DNA from: Myxococcota bacterium
GTDB taxonomy: Bacteria > Myxococcota > UBA4151
DNA length: 33,408 nt
Direction: 5' to 3'
Assembly (NCBI GenBank): GCA_040260805.1
Contig: JBDQPD010000033.1
Coordinates: 1-33,408 of the forward strand
The position numbers and the translations under genes were made by a program. The notes beneath the pieces are model-generated. The model made no database searches and was not told the origin of the DNA. It saw only the letters and a program-made list of their open reading frames with translations. This document shows, piece by piece, positions 16,164-27,711 of this stretch (positions within the stretch are counted from its first letter, which is position 1; each line of letters starts with the position of its first letter).

Positions 16164-16861
16164 GCTGGTCGGCGCGCATCCTTTATGAACGCCCTGAGTT
16201 CATCCTAGATGTCGAACTCGAAAGTGAGCATTCGGTGGTGGCGCTTATCGGTCCAAACGGGGCTGGAAAGACGACGTTGCTGCGCGCTTTGCTTGGAGCC
16301 TACCCGTTATCAGTCGGTCATCTGACAATCGATGGAAGTGCGTGTTTTGATGCGGATCAAGGTCTCGACCTTGCGCCGGAGGAGCGACGCATCGCTTACG
16401 TGCCTCAGGGCTTTGGTTTGTTTGAGCACTTGAGGGTCATCGATAACGTCGCCTTTGGTTTAGGGCGCAGCAGCTTGGCACGGGATCAAGCCCAAAAGCG
16501 CCTTGATCAGCTGGGTATCGGTCAGCTCGCGGCGCGTTACCCCCACCAGCTTTCGGGCGGCCAACAGCAACAAGTTGCGCTCGCTCGAGCCTTAGTTTGT
16601 GAGCCGAGTTTGTTGCTTCTTGATGAGCCGTTTAGCGCTCTTGATGTCACCACCAAGCGGGCGCTTCGGCAGAGCTTGCCCGCAGACCTCAAGGCGAAAG
16701 GCTTATCGAGCGTGATCGTCAGTCATGACCGGCGCGATCTCGAGCCCTTTGATCCTTATGTCTACGCCATCGAGGATGGCGCCGTGGTTCAGCGCGGTAC
16801 CCTAGCTCAGCTTGAACAGGCCCCAGAGACGGCCTTTGTGCGCGAGTTTGTCGGCTTGTGA
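16160..16861 (+). CDS. modC: Molybdate ABC transporter ATP-binding protein (no C-terminal TOBE domain)
   Basis: GPNGAGKT, LSGGQ and LLLLDEPFSALD. ATG at 16160 overlaps the modB stop (ATGA). Confidence 0.9.
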   Translation: MSWSARILYERPEFILDVELESEHSVVALIGPNGAGKTTLLRALLGAYPLSVGHLTIDGSACFDADQGLDLAPEERRIAYVPQGFGLFEHLRVIDNVAFGLGRSSLARDQAQKRLDQLGIGQLAARYPHQLSGGQQQQVALARALVCEPSLLLLDEPFSALDVTTKRALRQSLPADLKAKGLSSVIVSHDRRDLEPFDPYVYAIEDGAVVQRGTLAQLEQAPETAFVREFVGL

Positions 16862-16952
16862 TGCTCAGCGTAGGAATTTGCGCGTCCAGGGATGGAAATT
16901 AACCCCAAAATGCGTCACGAGTTCGCCGCCGACTGAGGCGGTGAGGAATTAG

Positions 16953-19184
<2,232 letters not shown>

Positions 19185-19187
19185 TCC

Positions 19188-20231
19188 TTACGGGGTGTTT
19201 TCAAAGAACTCGATGATCAAGTTCATCAGACCACCTTCTTGATCGCTCGGTAGGCCATGCCCAGCGCCTTGAAATCCGATGTGAACGACTCGGTGTCCGC
19301 CATCGCAAGGGCTCCAGTCGAGCTTGCGGTTTCCATCATCGGTCCGGCTGCTGATCGGAATCCGAGAGCATCCAATTTTGCTCGCCCAGAGGGCGGCGCT
19401 GTCCTCCGCGGGTAAGAATTCGTACCCGAGAACCCCTCGGCCGCCATCATAAGGGCAGGTTCGGTCTTCCATTCCGTGCAAGCTCAAAAATGAGGCGAGG
19501 TTAATTTCATCGGGTGGGAGAAGACCTTCAACCAGAGCGCTAGCCCCCATGGCGTGGGCGCGGAAATGACCGGTTTGCGCAGCCAGCTGATTGACCAGCG
19601 CGGAGCCGTTTGAAAATCCATAGGCAAAGGCGCGCTCTAAATCGAGGTTCCGGTAGGCCCGCAGCGTGCTCATCATCATCCCAACAAACTCAATGTCGTC
19701 GGCTTGCGAGGCTTCACGCCCGATGTTCCAGCTGCGCTCAACTCCCTCGGGTAAGATCGCGATGAAGCGCCCTTGATCGACAAAGCGACGGAGCTGTCCA
19801 ACAAAGCCATGGGGGCGGCCGCCGTTGCCATGAAAGGCAAAGACGACGGGGTAGCGACGGCTTTCGTCGAGTCGAGCGGGCACCTGAATCAAGACGAGGC
19901 GTTGCACGCGCTCGCCCTCGACCATTTGCTCGATCCTGATCTCTTGGATCCCAGGGCGAAGGGGCGGGAGCTCTACCGGTGGACGGGTCGGACCGCTGTC
20001 TGCGATCACGGCTCCTGCGTCGGTCACCGGCTCGCTTGCGTCGACCGTCGTCGCCGCATCGGGCGTCTGGATGCCCGAATCCATGACCTGGCTTTGCGCG
20101 TCGGCTGTCGCTTCTCCTGCATCGAGCATGACGCTGCCTGTGTCTTGAGTTGTGGCGCCGGAGTCGGCGTCGTCGGTGGTCGCAGGGCTGCATGAAACAC
20201 AAAGTAAAAACATGGGCATTAGGCGAATCAT
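19188..20231 (-). CDS. LpqC/PHB-depolymerase-family esterase lipoprotein
   Basis: Lipobox CVSC and long acidic D-A/S-G linker; PVVFAFHG, SWN, DD..FV, GFSNGS, HG.ED and GHG. Confidence 0.85.
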   Translation of the reverse strand: MIRLMPMFLLCVSCSPATTDDADSGATTQDTGSVMLDAGEATADAQSQVMDSGIQTPDAATTVDASEPVTDAGAVIADSGPTRPPVELPPLRPGIQEIRIEQMVEGERVQRLVLIQVPARLDESRRYPVVFAFHGNGGRPHGFVGQLRRFVDQGRFIAILPEGVERSWNIGREASQADDIEFVGMMMSTLRAYRNLDLERAFAYGFSNGSALVNQLAAQTGHFRAHAMGASALVEGLLPPDEINLASFLSLHGMEDRTCPYDGGRGVLGYEFLPAEDSAALWASKIGCSRIPISSRTDDGNRKLDWSPCDGGHRVVHIGFQGAGHGLPSDQEGGLMNLIIEFFENTP

Positions 20232-20353
20232 AACGTCTCCGATGGCTGGACGAGCGGGCTGATGACATGGCTTGATACGTTGAGCTAGCGTTGGGTGGAC
20301 CTTATCGGTCCAAATTCGTAGGCTAAGCGGAGCAACATGTAGAGGTGCTTCGC

Positions 20354-21244
20354 ATGGCCTGGGATGTGGATCATTTGCCTGATTTATCGGACAAGGTGGC
20401 GTTGGTCACGGGTGCGAACAGTGGGATTGGCGAGCCGACCGCACAAGCGCTCGGCGCTGCGGGAGCGCATGTCTATATAGCCTGCCGCTCGCCTGAAAAG
20501 GCGCACGCTGCGATAGCGCGTATGCAGCAGGCTGTGCCCGAGGGTCAGTTCCATTTTCTGCCCCTTGATTTAGCGGATCTAGCCAGCGTGAAAGTCTGCG
20601 CGGAGCGGTTTAAGGAGCGACATGATCGCTTGGATCTATTGATCAACAATGCCGGGGTCATGATCCCTCCGTACACCCAGACCAACGATGGTTTTGAGTT
20701 GCAGTTTGGTACCAATCATTTGGGCCATTTTGCCTTGACCGCACACCTGATTGATGTGGTGACCTCAACGCCCAATAGCCGTGTGGTCACCGTCTCTTCG
20801 ATGGCGCACCGCTTTGGCCGGTTGCGCTTTGGCGACCTCCAGAGAACACGAGGATACAATCGCTGGCTGACTTATGGTCAAAGCAAGGTCGCTAATCTGA
20901 TCTTTAGTTATGAGCTCCAGCGTCGGCTGACGGCCGCTCATCACACGACCTTGGCGATCGCCGCTCATCCGGGTTGGGCGCAAACTCGGCTGACTAAATA
21001 TTCGCTCTCTGCGGCCTTCTTTGCCCCCCTTTTAGCGCAAGGACCCAAGGCTGGCGCTGCGCCGACTATTCGAGCTGCTACCGACCCAGAAGCTACCGCA
21101 GGAAGTTACTACGGCCCTCGATGGCTTGAAATTCGCGGTCCAGCGGTTAGAGTCGGGTCCACCTTGTACAGTCACCGCGAAGATGTGGCTCAACAATTGT
21201 GGGGTGTCTCGGAGAGTTTAACCGGTTTGCGTTACTTAAGTTGA
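20354..21244 (+). CDS. Short-chain dehydrogenase/reductase (retinol dehydrogenase-like)
   Basis: VTGANSGIG, LDLADL, INNAGVM, FGTNHLGHF, YGQSK (YxxxK) and HPG. ATG at 20354; an alternative GTG lies at 20345. Confidence 0.93.
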   Translation: MAWDVDHLPDLSDKVALVTGANSGIGEPTAQALGAAGAHVYIACRSPEKAHAAIARMQQAVPEGQFHFLPLDLADLASVKVCAERFKERHDRLDLLINNAGVMIPPYTQTNDGFELQFGTNHLGHFALTAHLIDVVTSTPNSRVVTVSSMAHRFGRLRFGDLQRTRGYNRWLTYGQSKVANLIFSYELQRRLTAAHHTTLAIAAHPGWAQTRLTKYSLSAAFFAPLLAQGPKAGAAPTIRAATDPEATAGSYYGPRWLEIRGPAVRVGSTLYSHREDVAQQLWGVSESLTGLRYLS

Positions 21245-21251
21245 GCGAGAT

Positions 21252-22520
21252 ATGATTCGAAAATTGAGGGCGTGTATGCCCCACTGGGTGATGGTGTGTG
21301 GAGTCTCGACCCTGGCGCTCTCGTGCGCGCCTGAAGAGGTGGTCGAACCTAAGCCCGAATGCACGTCGTTTGCGGACTGCGCTTCTTTAGAGAAGCCGTT
21401 TTGTGAGCCTGAAACGCAAAAGTGTGCGCCTCGCCCGGTGGCTTATCAGCTGGGCTGGGACGACGGTGATCCGTCGAGCGTTGATTTTGAAATGGTCTAC
21501 AACGCACCGGGGCGCCGAGTGGTGCGAGGCTTTGATTTTCGCCCAGACACCGACGAGCTCTGGTTGACTGAAGGCCAAGCTCAGTACGGCGCGGTGCCGT
21601 GCAATAAGCTCAACGCATCGGCGGAGACCTGCGAGCCGAAAGGCGGCGATTTTGTCGTCGTGTATCGTGCCACGACCACCTATGATCGCAGCGATCGCAT
21701 TCGCGACGGCAACGCGCTGCACTTCGCGCGCAACCCCTCAAGCCTCGTGTTTAGCGAAAACGAGTTTTTTGGCACCTGCCCGGAGAGCCGAACGGCGAAC
21801 TTTGATGACGAGATTGAGGACTTTGCAGGTCCGACCTTGTGGAGCGCTGATCGGTCCATTCTTGGGGTCGATATCGGCAAGAACGGCTCGCATATGGATA
21901 TGCTGCATTTCACCCCTTATTGCATGGGTCTAGAGCACGAAAAAGATAATGTTTATTGGGCGTTTAACGGTCAAAAAGGGTCGATTGATCGCTACGACTT
22001 TAAAGAAGACCACGGCCCAGGCGAAGAGGACCACAGCGACGGCGAGATCCTAAGGTATATCGAGGGGACGGTGGCTCGAGAAGAAGAGGTCAGCAGCCAG
22101 ATGGCGATGGATCGAGACAACGACTATCTGTACATCGCTGACACCGGAAACAGCCGCATTATTCGCCTGGATATTCGCTCCGGAACCCGTGGGGGAGTCA
22201 TGCTTCCCAACTACGATTTCGTGCGCGTGCATCATCAGATGAACGGTAGCGAATACGAGGAGATCGAGCTCGGCGGCGAGCCTATGGGCAAGCCGAGCGG
22301 TTTGTTGCTCCATGAGGGCTTACTGTACGTGATCGACCACACCTATTCTGAGTTCCGGGTGTTCACCACTGAGGGGGTTCCGGTGCGGACCTTGTACACT
22401 GACTTTCGTCCTGAATCCTTGGGGTCGCTGGTCTTAGGACCTGACGATCGCATCTACTTTAACGTGCCGCATCGAGGTGAGATCTACAGGATCAATCACG
22501 ACCCTCACGATGCCCCTTAG
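21252..22520 (+). CDS. Acidic lipoprotein with predicted beta-propeller (NHL-like blades), function unknown
   Basis: Lipobox ALSC; small Cys module (C...DC.....FC.....C); LYIADTGNSRIIRLD and PSGLLL..GLLYV.D blades; His/Asp motifs SHMDMLH and DHGPGEEDHSDG. Confidence 0.65.
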   Translation: MIRKLRACMPHWVMVCGVSTLALSCAPEEVVEPKPECTSFADCASLEKPFCEPETQKCAPRPVAYQLGWDDGDPSSVDFEMVYNAPGRRVVRGFDFRPDTDELWLTEGQAQYGAVPCNKLNASAETCEPKGGDFVVVYRATTTYDRSDRIRDGNALHFARNPSSLVFSENEFFGTCPESRTANFDDEIEDFAGPTLWSADRSILGVDIGKNGSHMDMLHFTPYCMGLEHEKDNVYWAFNGQKGSIDRYDFKEDHGPGEEDHSDGEILRYIEGTVAREEEVSSQMAMDRDNDYLYIADTGNSRIIRLDIRSGTRGGVMLPNYDFVRVHHQMNGSEYEEIELGGEPMGKPSGLLLHEGLLYVIDHTYSEFRVFTTEGVPVRTLYTDFRPESLGSLVLGPDDRIYFNVPHRGEIYRINHDPHDAP

Positions 22521-24541
22521 ACCTCTCGTAAGACGCCGTCGCTCAAGGACAACGCTTTAGACCAAGGATCCGACTCGCAGCGCACCAGCTCAAAGGTGAA
22601 GGGCAGCATGAGTTCGCTGGCGAACTCGGGCGGCCGGTCGTCGAGAACCAGCTGCCTAAGGATCTTGATCGCCACTGGATACCAGTGGGCTGCGGCGCCC
22701 TCCCAGCGGACCTGGACCCGTTTGACGGGTAAGACCTTGTCGTGACGAATAAACTCGATCTCTTCGGCTAAGATCTGCTCGAATAATTCGACGCTGACGC
22801 GACCATAATGGAGCTCGTGCCATAATTCCCAGCGGCTGCGCTCCGTGGTCGCTAGGTCGTCCATGATGCGGACAAAGACGGTCTCGCCGGCGCCGTTTTT
22901 CATGGTCGCGGGCAGCGCAACGCAGCCGTTTCCGCAGAGCCAGTCGGCGAGATATTGTAGCGCTTGAAAGATGTTGTAGCGGACCTCTTCGGGGTCGTCG
23001 TTGGCGATCACGTCCGAGACCTCGATGTCAGCAGCGAGCACACCTCGTGCGTAATTGGGGTGATCAACCGGTAAGCCATCGAAATCGTCGGCGGCCAAGA
23101 ACGCTAGGAGCGGCTCGAGCTCGCTTGGGTTGGGTACCAAGGAGCGAACCAGGGTCTCTAGGCTGTGATCGTCCGCCCGGCGCCAAGCCTCGGTCAGCGC
23201 AATCCCGATGCGCACGAAGCTCGGATGCGCCACCCAGAACCCATCAAGCCCTCGTTTGAGCTGGGTGATCACGTCGCGGATGTACCCGACCATGCTGACC
23301 TCAAAGCTGTCTGGGTTTCCATCCTCGTACAGCACTCCGTACATGCCGCCGATTTTGAGCGCACCGATGGGGCCTAAGTGGTCGACCAGGATCTGGTGAC
23401 TTTCGCGGATGTGATTGATCACGATGTTGGGGTCGGCTTTGACCGGGATTCGGTAGTTGGGATCGTTTTTGAACAAGCGCGCAGCGGACGCTAGGTAGTC
23501 ATGCCAGCCCAGCGAGCCGCCTAGGAAATAGGGGTGCAGCGCGGTCGCCATCTCTGAAATCCGAAAGATAGCGCGTGGGTTTTCAAAGACTAAAATGACG
23601 CGCACGGTCCCGAGTTGGTAACCTTCGTTTTTCGCGCACATCATCAACTCTGCTTCGCGGATCATTGCGTGAAGGTAAGCGGCCTCTTCTTCGTTTTCGA
23701 GCTTGGGTACGTAAAAGACGAGCGCCTCAGGACGCTGCGAATTATGGAACAAGTGCAAGCCAAAATCGAGCAGGTGCAGCGGCAGCGGCTCACCGTCTAA
23801 GAGATAGTTTCCATCGGGTATAGCTAAGCCCACAAACCTCTTAATCGGTTTTGAGGTTCCCGTGTTTGCGAGCGCGTACTGTTTGCCCGAAGACTGCTCG
23901 ATAAAATCGATCTCGCCCGCAAAACAGGCGCGCAGATTCTCTTGAGCTAAGAGCATATTGTCCGCAGTTGGGGTCTTTGAGTCTTCGGAGTCGGCGCCCC
24001 AGCGCGGGACCTGTCCGCTCGCCTCGACAAGCTCGGCGACGATCGGATGCTCACCAGGTAACTGGCGATGCAGCGCGTTCATCGCGTTGATCGTCATCTT
24101 CGCCGAGTCCGGTGGCCCGAAAAGCGTGACCTGATCGCCCTTGAGAAACTCGGGGATGGTGACCGTCGGCCCATGTGATGAGCGCTCGAAAGGTCCAACG
24201 ACCAGTCGCCCGCTCGCGTCTTTTTTGCCGATCGCTGTGTGGTAGTCGGCGGCTTGAAATTCGATCTCCTCGTTCGCCTGAGCGCAGGCCGCGGTGGTGG
24301 CGTCGAGAAAGGCTCTATCGATTCGTCGTTGGTCTAAAACAGCGCTCAAATGAGGTTGCATTGCGCGGTATAAAGCGCAGACGAAACGCAGCGCGTCATG
24401 GGTGAGGACTTGTGGGTATTTGGCTTGAAGCCCTGGACTTAGCGCCAGCCCATCCACCCCATCCACGGGTTCGGATTGGTCGCGCAAAGCCTGCAGCAAG
24501 GAGTCGGGAAGAAAGGCTCGGTAGGCGTCGATAGTCGTCAT
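22517..24541 (-). CDS. Divergent malate synthase (MSA-like)
   Basis: TLFGPPD, ADSEDS, YVPKLENEEEA, VFENPRA, GWHDYLAS, GGMYG, DGFWVAHP, GNGCV and MDDLATTERSRWELW align to recalled AceB motifs. Start at 24541 or 24550. Confidence 0.8.
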   Translation of the reverse strand: MTTIDAYRAFLPDSLLQALRDQSEPVDGVDGLALSPGLQAKYPQVLTHDALRFVCALYRAMQPHLSAVLDQRRIDRAFLDATTAACAQANEEIEFQAADYHTAIGKKDASGRLVVGPFERSSHGPTVTIPEFLKGDQVTLFGPPDSAKMTINAMNALHRQLPGEHPIVAELVEASGQVPRWGADSEDSKTPTADNMLLAQENLRACFAGEIDFIEQSSGKQYALANTGTSKPIKRFVGLAIPDGNYLLDGEPLPLHLLDFGLHLFHNSQRPEALVFYVPKLENEEEAAYLHAMIREAELMMCAKNEGYQLGTVRVILVFENPRAIFRISEMATALHPYFLGGSLGWHDYLASAARLFKNDPNYRIPVKADPNIVINHIRESHQILVDHLGPIGALKIGGMYGVLYEDGNPDSFEVSMVGYIRDVITQLKRGLDGFWVAHPSFVRIGIALTEAWRRADDHSLETLVRSLVPNPSELEPLLAFLAADDFDGLPVDHPNYARGVLAADIEVSDVIANDDPEEVRYNIFQALQYLADWLCGNGCVALPATMKNGAGETVFVRIMDDLATTERSRWELWHELHYGRVSVELFEQILAEEIEFIRHDKVLPVKRVQVRWEGAAAHWYPVAIKILRQLVLDDRPPEFASELMLPFTFELVRCESDPWSKALSLSDGVLREV

Positions 24542-24581
24542 GCTCAGCACATGCCTTTTTTCTGCCTAGGCGCCCAGTGCG

Positions 24582-25496
24582 TTACTGCTCGAGGTGCTCA
24601 TCAAGAAACTCAAACTGATCGCGCCAGGCCTGTTTGGCGTTGGCTCCAAAAAATGCCTGGAAGGCGTGAATGGAGCGCGGGTAGATGGTCACACCCCCCG
24701 CATTGCCTCGGCGCTCAAGAGCCCGACCAAGGCGTTCGGTGTCACCAAGAATTGGGTCATTGCCCCCGCAGATCGAGAAAATTGGGGGCAGCGGGCGAGC
24801 CGTTTTTTGGTCGGACTCAAGCAGCTGCAGAGGGCTCGCTAGACATCCCGGAGGCGAGTCTGCTCGGTAGCCTTCACAGACCAATTTAATCCGGGACCGC
24901 ATCCAGCGCGGGATCGACTCATCATTGAGGTAGCGCTCGGCGTTGTGCACCTCGAGCATGCCACAAGCTGGCAGTACGGCTTGCGGGCTTGGCTGCGCCT
25001 CAAACACAGCCTTTGCCCAGGGCTCGTCGACCTCAAAGCAGCCCACCATCGCGAGCGCGAGCGCAAGGTTTCCGCCCGCCGATTCGCCGGCATAGACCAA
25101 GCGACTTAGATCACCGCCGTAGTCTTCGATGTGCTCAAGAGTCCAAAGCAGCGCTGCGCAGACGTCGTCTAGAGCGTTCGGAAAGCGTCCGGCTGGCGTG
25201 AGCCTGTAGTTGATGTTGACCACCAAATAGCCAGCCTCAGCGAAGCGCCTCGCCAAGGAGCGGTGGGTATTTTTGGATAAGATGCGAAAGCCGCCGCCGT
25301 GAATATAGATCACTACGGGTAATGGGCCTTGAGCGTCTTTGGGCGCGTGAATATCGAGCAGATGGCCCGGGTCTTTGCCGGGTCGGTAGGCGACGTCTTC
25401 GGCGATCAATCGGGTGTTCGCTTTTCGGCGCCTGGTGGCTGGGTGGTATTCACCCAAGGCCGAGACGGTCCGAAAGAAGACATCTAAAGCGCGCAT
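24582..25496 (-). CDS. Hormone-sensitive-lipase family alpha/beta hydrolase (esterase)
   Basis: YIHGGGF, NYRL.P...FP, GESAGG, D-P and HAF; GGAG RBS. Confidence 0.92.
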   Translation of the reverse strand: MRALDVFFRTVSALGEYHPATRRRKANTRLIAEDVAYRPGKDPGHLLDIHAPKDAQGPLPVVIYIHGGGFRILSKNTHRSLARRFAEAGYLVVNINYRLTPAGRFPNALDDVCAALLWTLEHIEDYGGDLSRLVYAGESAGGNLALALAMVGCFEVDEPWAKAVFEAQPSPQAVLPACGMLEVHNAERYLNDESIPRWMRSRIKLVCEGYRADSPPGCLASPLQLLESDQKTARPLPPIFSICGGNDPILGDTERLGRALERRGNAGGVTIYPRSIHAFQAFFGANAKQAWRDQFEFLDEHLEQ

Positions 25497-25608
25497 GGTG
25501 TGCTCTCCTGTCCGGGCTGACTAAAGCGCAGGCGTAGGCAAACGCAACCAGCTTCCTTGCCGCGTGCTCCACAATTCGAAACAATCGTGCAAGGGAGCGC
25601 GGGGTTCG

Positions 25609-25947
25609 ATGGACAAACCGGCCATATGGGTTTGGGCTGTGGTGGTCGGTGGGCTCGTTGTGTGCGGTCTGCTGGCGTACGCTCCGCTCGCTGTTCCTGG
25701 CGTTGATTCGATCATGTTCCACACGCTTTTTTGGGCTGCTGTTTGCGCTCACCTGATCGAGGCTGTCGTTGTTTGGGTGCTGGCAAAGCGCTCGGGCTTA
25801 CCGGCGCTCGGGTGGGCGGTCCGGGTGGTTTTTCTAGGCTCGTTTGGGATCCAGTCCTATCTCAAGAGCCAAGGCTCCGAGCGCAACGCCATCGTGCCAG
25901 GGTTTAGCCTGTTCTTTGCCGTCCTGGTGCTGCTGTGGCTGGTCTGA
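25609..25947 (+). CDS. Small membrane protein (TMEM254/DUF4499-like H..EA motif)
   Basis: About four hydrophobic segments and AHLIEA...A...G....W. ATG at 25609 preferred. Confidence 0.5.
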   Translation: MDKPAIWVWAVVVGGLVVCGLLAYAPLAVPGVDSIMFHTLFWAAVCAHLIEAVVVWVLAKRSGLPALGWAVRVVFLGSFGIQSYLKSQGSERNAIVPGFSLFFAVLVLLWLV

Positions 25948-25951
25948 GCGG

Positions 25952-27589
25952 CTAGTTGTAAAACACCAGATAGGCGCGAAGGTTGATGTTGCCCGCGTTG
26001 GCAAAGGGCGCTCGCCCGTTGATTTTTGCCTCGTACGATACGGTGGCTTCGCTGCTCGGTGTCACGAGCTCGGTGACGTCGTTGATGTAGGGGATGACCT
26101 CGCGCCCCGGGCACCAGCCGGCGCGACCAAACCACCAGGTCCCACCCTGGTTCGGCACGGTGCCTTCGCCGGAGGTTTTGGCGCAGCCGCTTTGATCGCC
26201 AACCGATGGGAACTCTTGATCAAAGGTCGTCTCGCCGATGGTGAAGTGGTGCGAGTGAGCGCAGAACTCAGAACAGTTTTGCGCGTCCATGCCATGCCCG
26301 GTGGTGACCACGACGAGCTTGGTTTGGGTCGCATCCGCTGGAATCGCCGCCTGAGCCGGTTCGTGCGCGGCGTTGTATTCGGTGTTGAGCGAGCCGCCCG
26401 AGAACACCTGGACCAGGCTGCGTGCGGCGACGCCTTTGCCGCGGTTCGAGAGGCGAACCTTGAGCGTAATGCCGGTGGGTTGTTTGTTCCACGAGGGCGC
26501 CCACTCATAGCGAACGCTGCGCTCGCCGCCTTCTTGGAGCCAAGCCAAAGCCCACGAGGCGTCCATCACCCAGCGTGACTCGCGGTGGTAGGTGGTGATG
26601 ATGCGGCCCATCTCGAGCCAGTTCTCATCCGCCTCGTCGCGCAGCCACACGTGCCCGAGGTAATCCCACTCACCGCAGTTGCCGAACTCGGCTCGTGTGC
26701 GATCTGGGCACTCCATCAAGATGTCGAATTCCATCGTGTCAAAGCCAGCCATGGTGGCGGCATCGGGCAGCATCAAGGTGCCGTCCGTGTACTGCTCTTG
26801 AACCGAGCCATCAAAGACCTGGATCTCGGTGACGGTCTCGGCGTCGAGCCGCTCTTGTCGGGTCGCCTCAAAGTTAAAGTACTGCGCCTCCCAGCCGGCC
26901 GAGAAGAGACGAGCCTCCCAAGGCCAGCCTTCCGCGTCGGTGCGCGCTCGGACATCCGCAAGGCCACCAATACCGCGAATCTTTTGAAAGCGGTCGATCG
27001 CCCAACCGCGAGCGCCGACCGCGCTTGAAAACATCGAGCCGACCAAGCCGTCCATGGTGTTGGACCCGCCGCGCACCACGTGCAGGTGGTCTGACCAGTG
27101 GTCGTAGTCGTCGTCGCTCATACCGTTGAGGACGGTCTCCATATTGCCTTTGAGCGTTTGAATGGCTTGAGTCGCCGAGGCGTTGACGTTGCCTCTTGCG
27201 ACGAAGAAGTAGTGCACGTTGCGCGGTGAGTTGGTGATCAGCTCGGCGAGATCTGTGGTGAACAGGCTGTTTCCGTTGGATTGAGACAGCGCAATATCGT
27301 GGGGCAAGAAGATGTAACTCTCGCAGCCCGTCCAGCGCTCACTCAGGGTGAAGGTCTCATCAAAGGGTAAGGACACACTAAAGTCACCGGCGGGTTGGCG
27401 TCGCTGAAAAGCGGTCGGTGCGGTCGCATCAAATGCACGCGCCGGAAGGTCCTGCAGCTCACAAAATGTAGGCGGTGTGACCACCCCAGCGTCGGCGGCG
27501 CCAGCATCAGCTGTAGGTTCTGTCACGCCCTCACTAGGGCAGCCTGTTAAGGCGATGGACAGCAAGACAAGTGCGCTCGAACGAATCAT
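25952..27589 (-). CDS. Peptide-N-glycosidase F (PNGase F)-like lipoprotein
   Basis: Lipobox LTGC; CGEWDY, EMGRIITTY, TTGHG, CSEFC and PNQGGTW.FGRAGWCPG are PNGase F family motifs. Confidence 0.85.
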   Translation of the reverse strand: MIRSSALVLLSIALTGCPSEGVTEPTADAGAADAGVVTPPTFCELQDLPARAFDATAPTAFQRRQPAGDFSVSLPFDETFTLSERWTGCESYIFLPHDIALSQSNGNSLFTTDLAELITNSPRNVHYFFVARGNVNASATQAIQTLKGNMETVLNGMSDDDYDHWSDHLHVVRGGSNTMDGLVGSMFSSAVGARGWAIDRFQKIRGIGGLADVRARTDAEGWPWEARLFSAGWEAQYFNFEATRQERLDAETVTEIQVFDGSVQEQYTDGTLMLPDAATMAGFDTMEFDILMECPDRTRAEFGNCGEWDYLGHVWLRDEADENWLEMGRIITTYHRESRWVMDASWALAWLQEGGERSVRYEWAPSWNKQPTGITLKVRLSNRGKGVAARSLVQVFSGGSLNTEYNAAHEPAQAAIPADATQTKLVVVTTGHGMDAQNCSEFCAHSHHFTIGETTFDQEFPSVGDQSGCAKTSGEGTVPNQGGTWWFGRAGWCPGREVIPYINDVTELVTPSSEATVSYEAKINGRAPFANAGNINLRAYLVFYN

Positions 27590-27711
27590 GAAGGGTCTCC
27601 TGGCAACGACAGCTTACGCCCTTTTTCTTAGAATGCGAGCCGCTTGAATGGTTGCGAGTTGGCTCGAGCGGCACTAAGCGCTTGGCGTGAGCAAGCGAAA
27701 GGTTGCCTGTG

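Noticed and set aside
25844..27028. Long plus-strand ORFs (244 and 147 aa)
   Set aside because: They lie opposite the PNGase F-like gene, which has clear family motifs.
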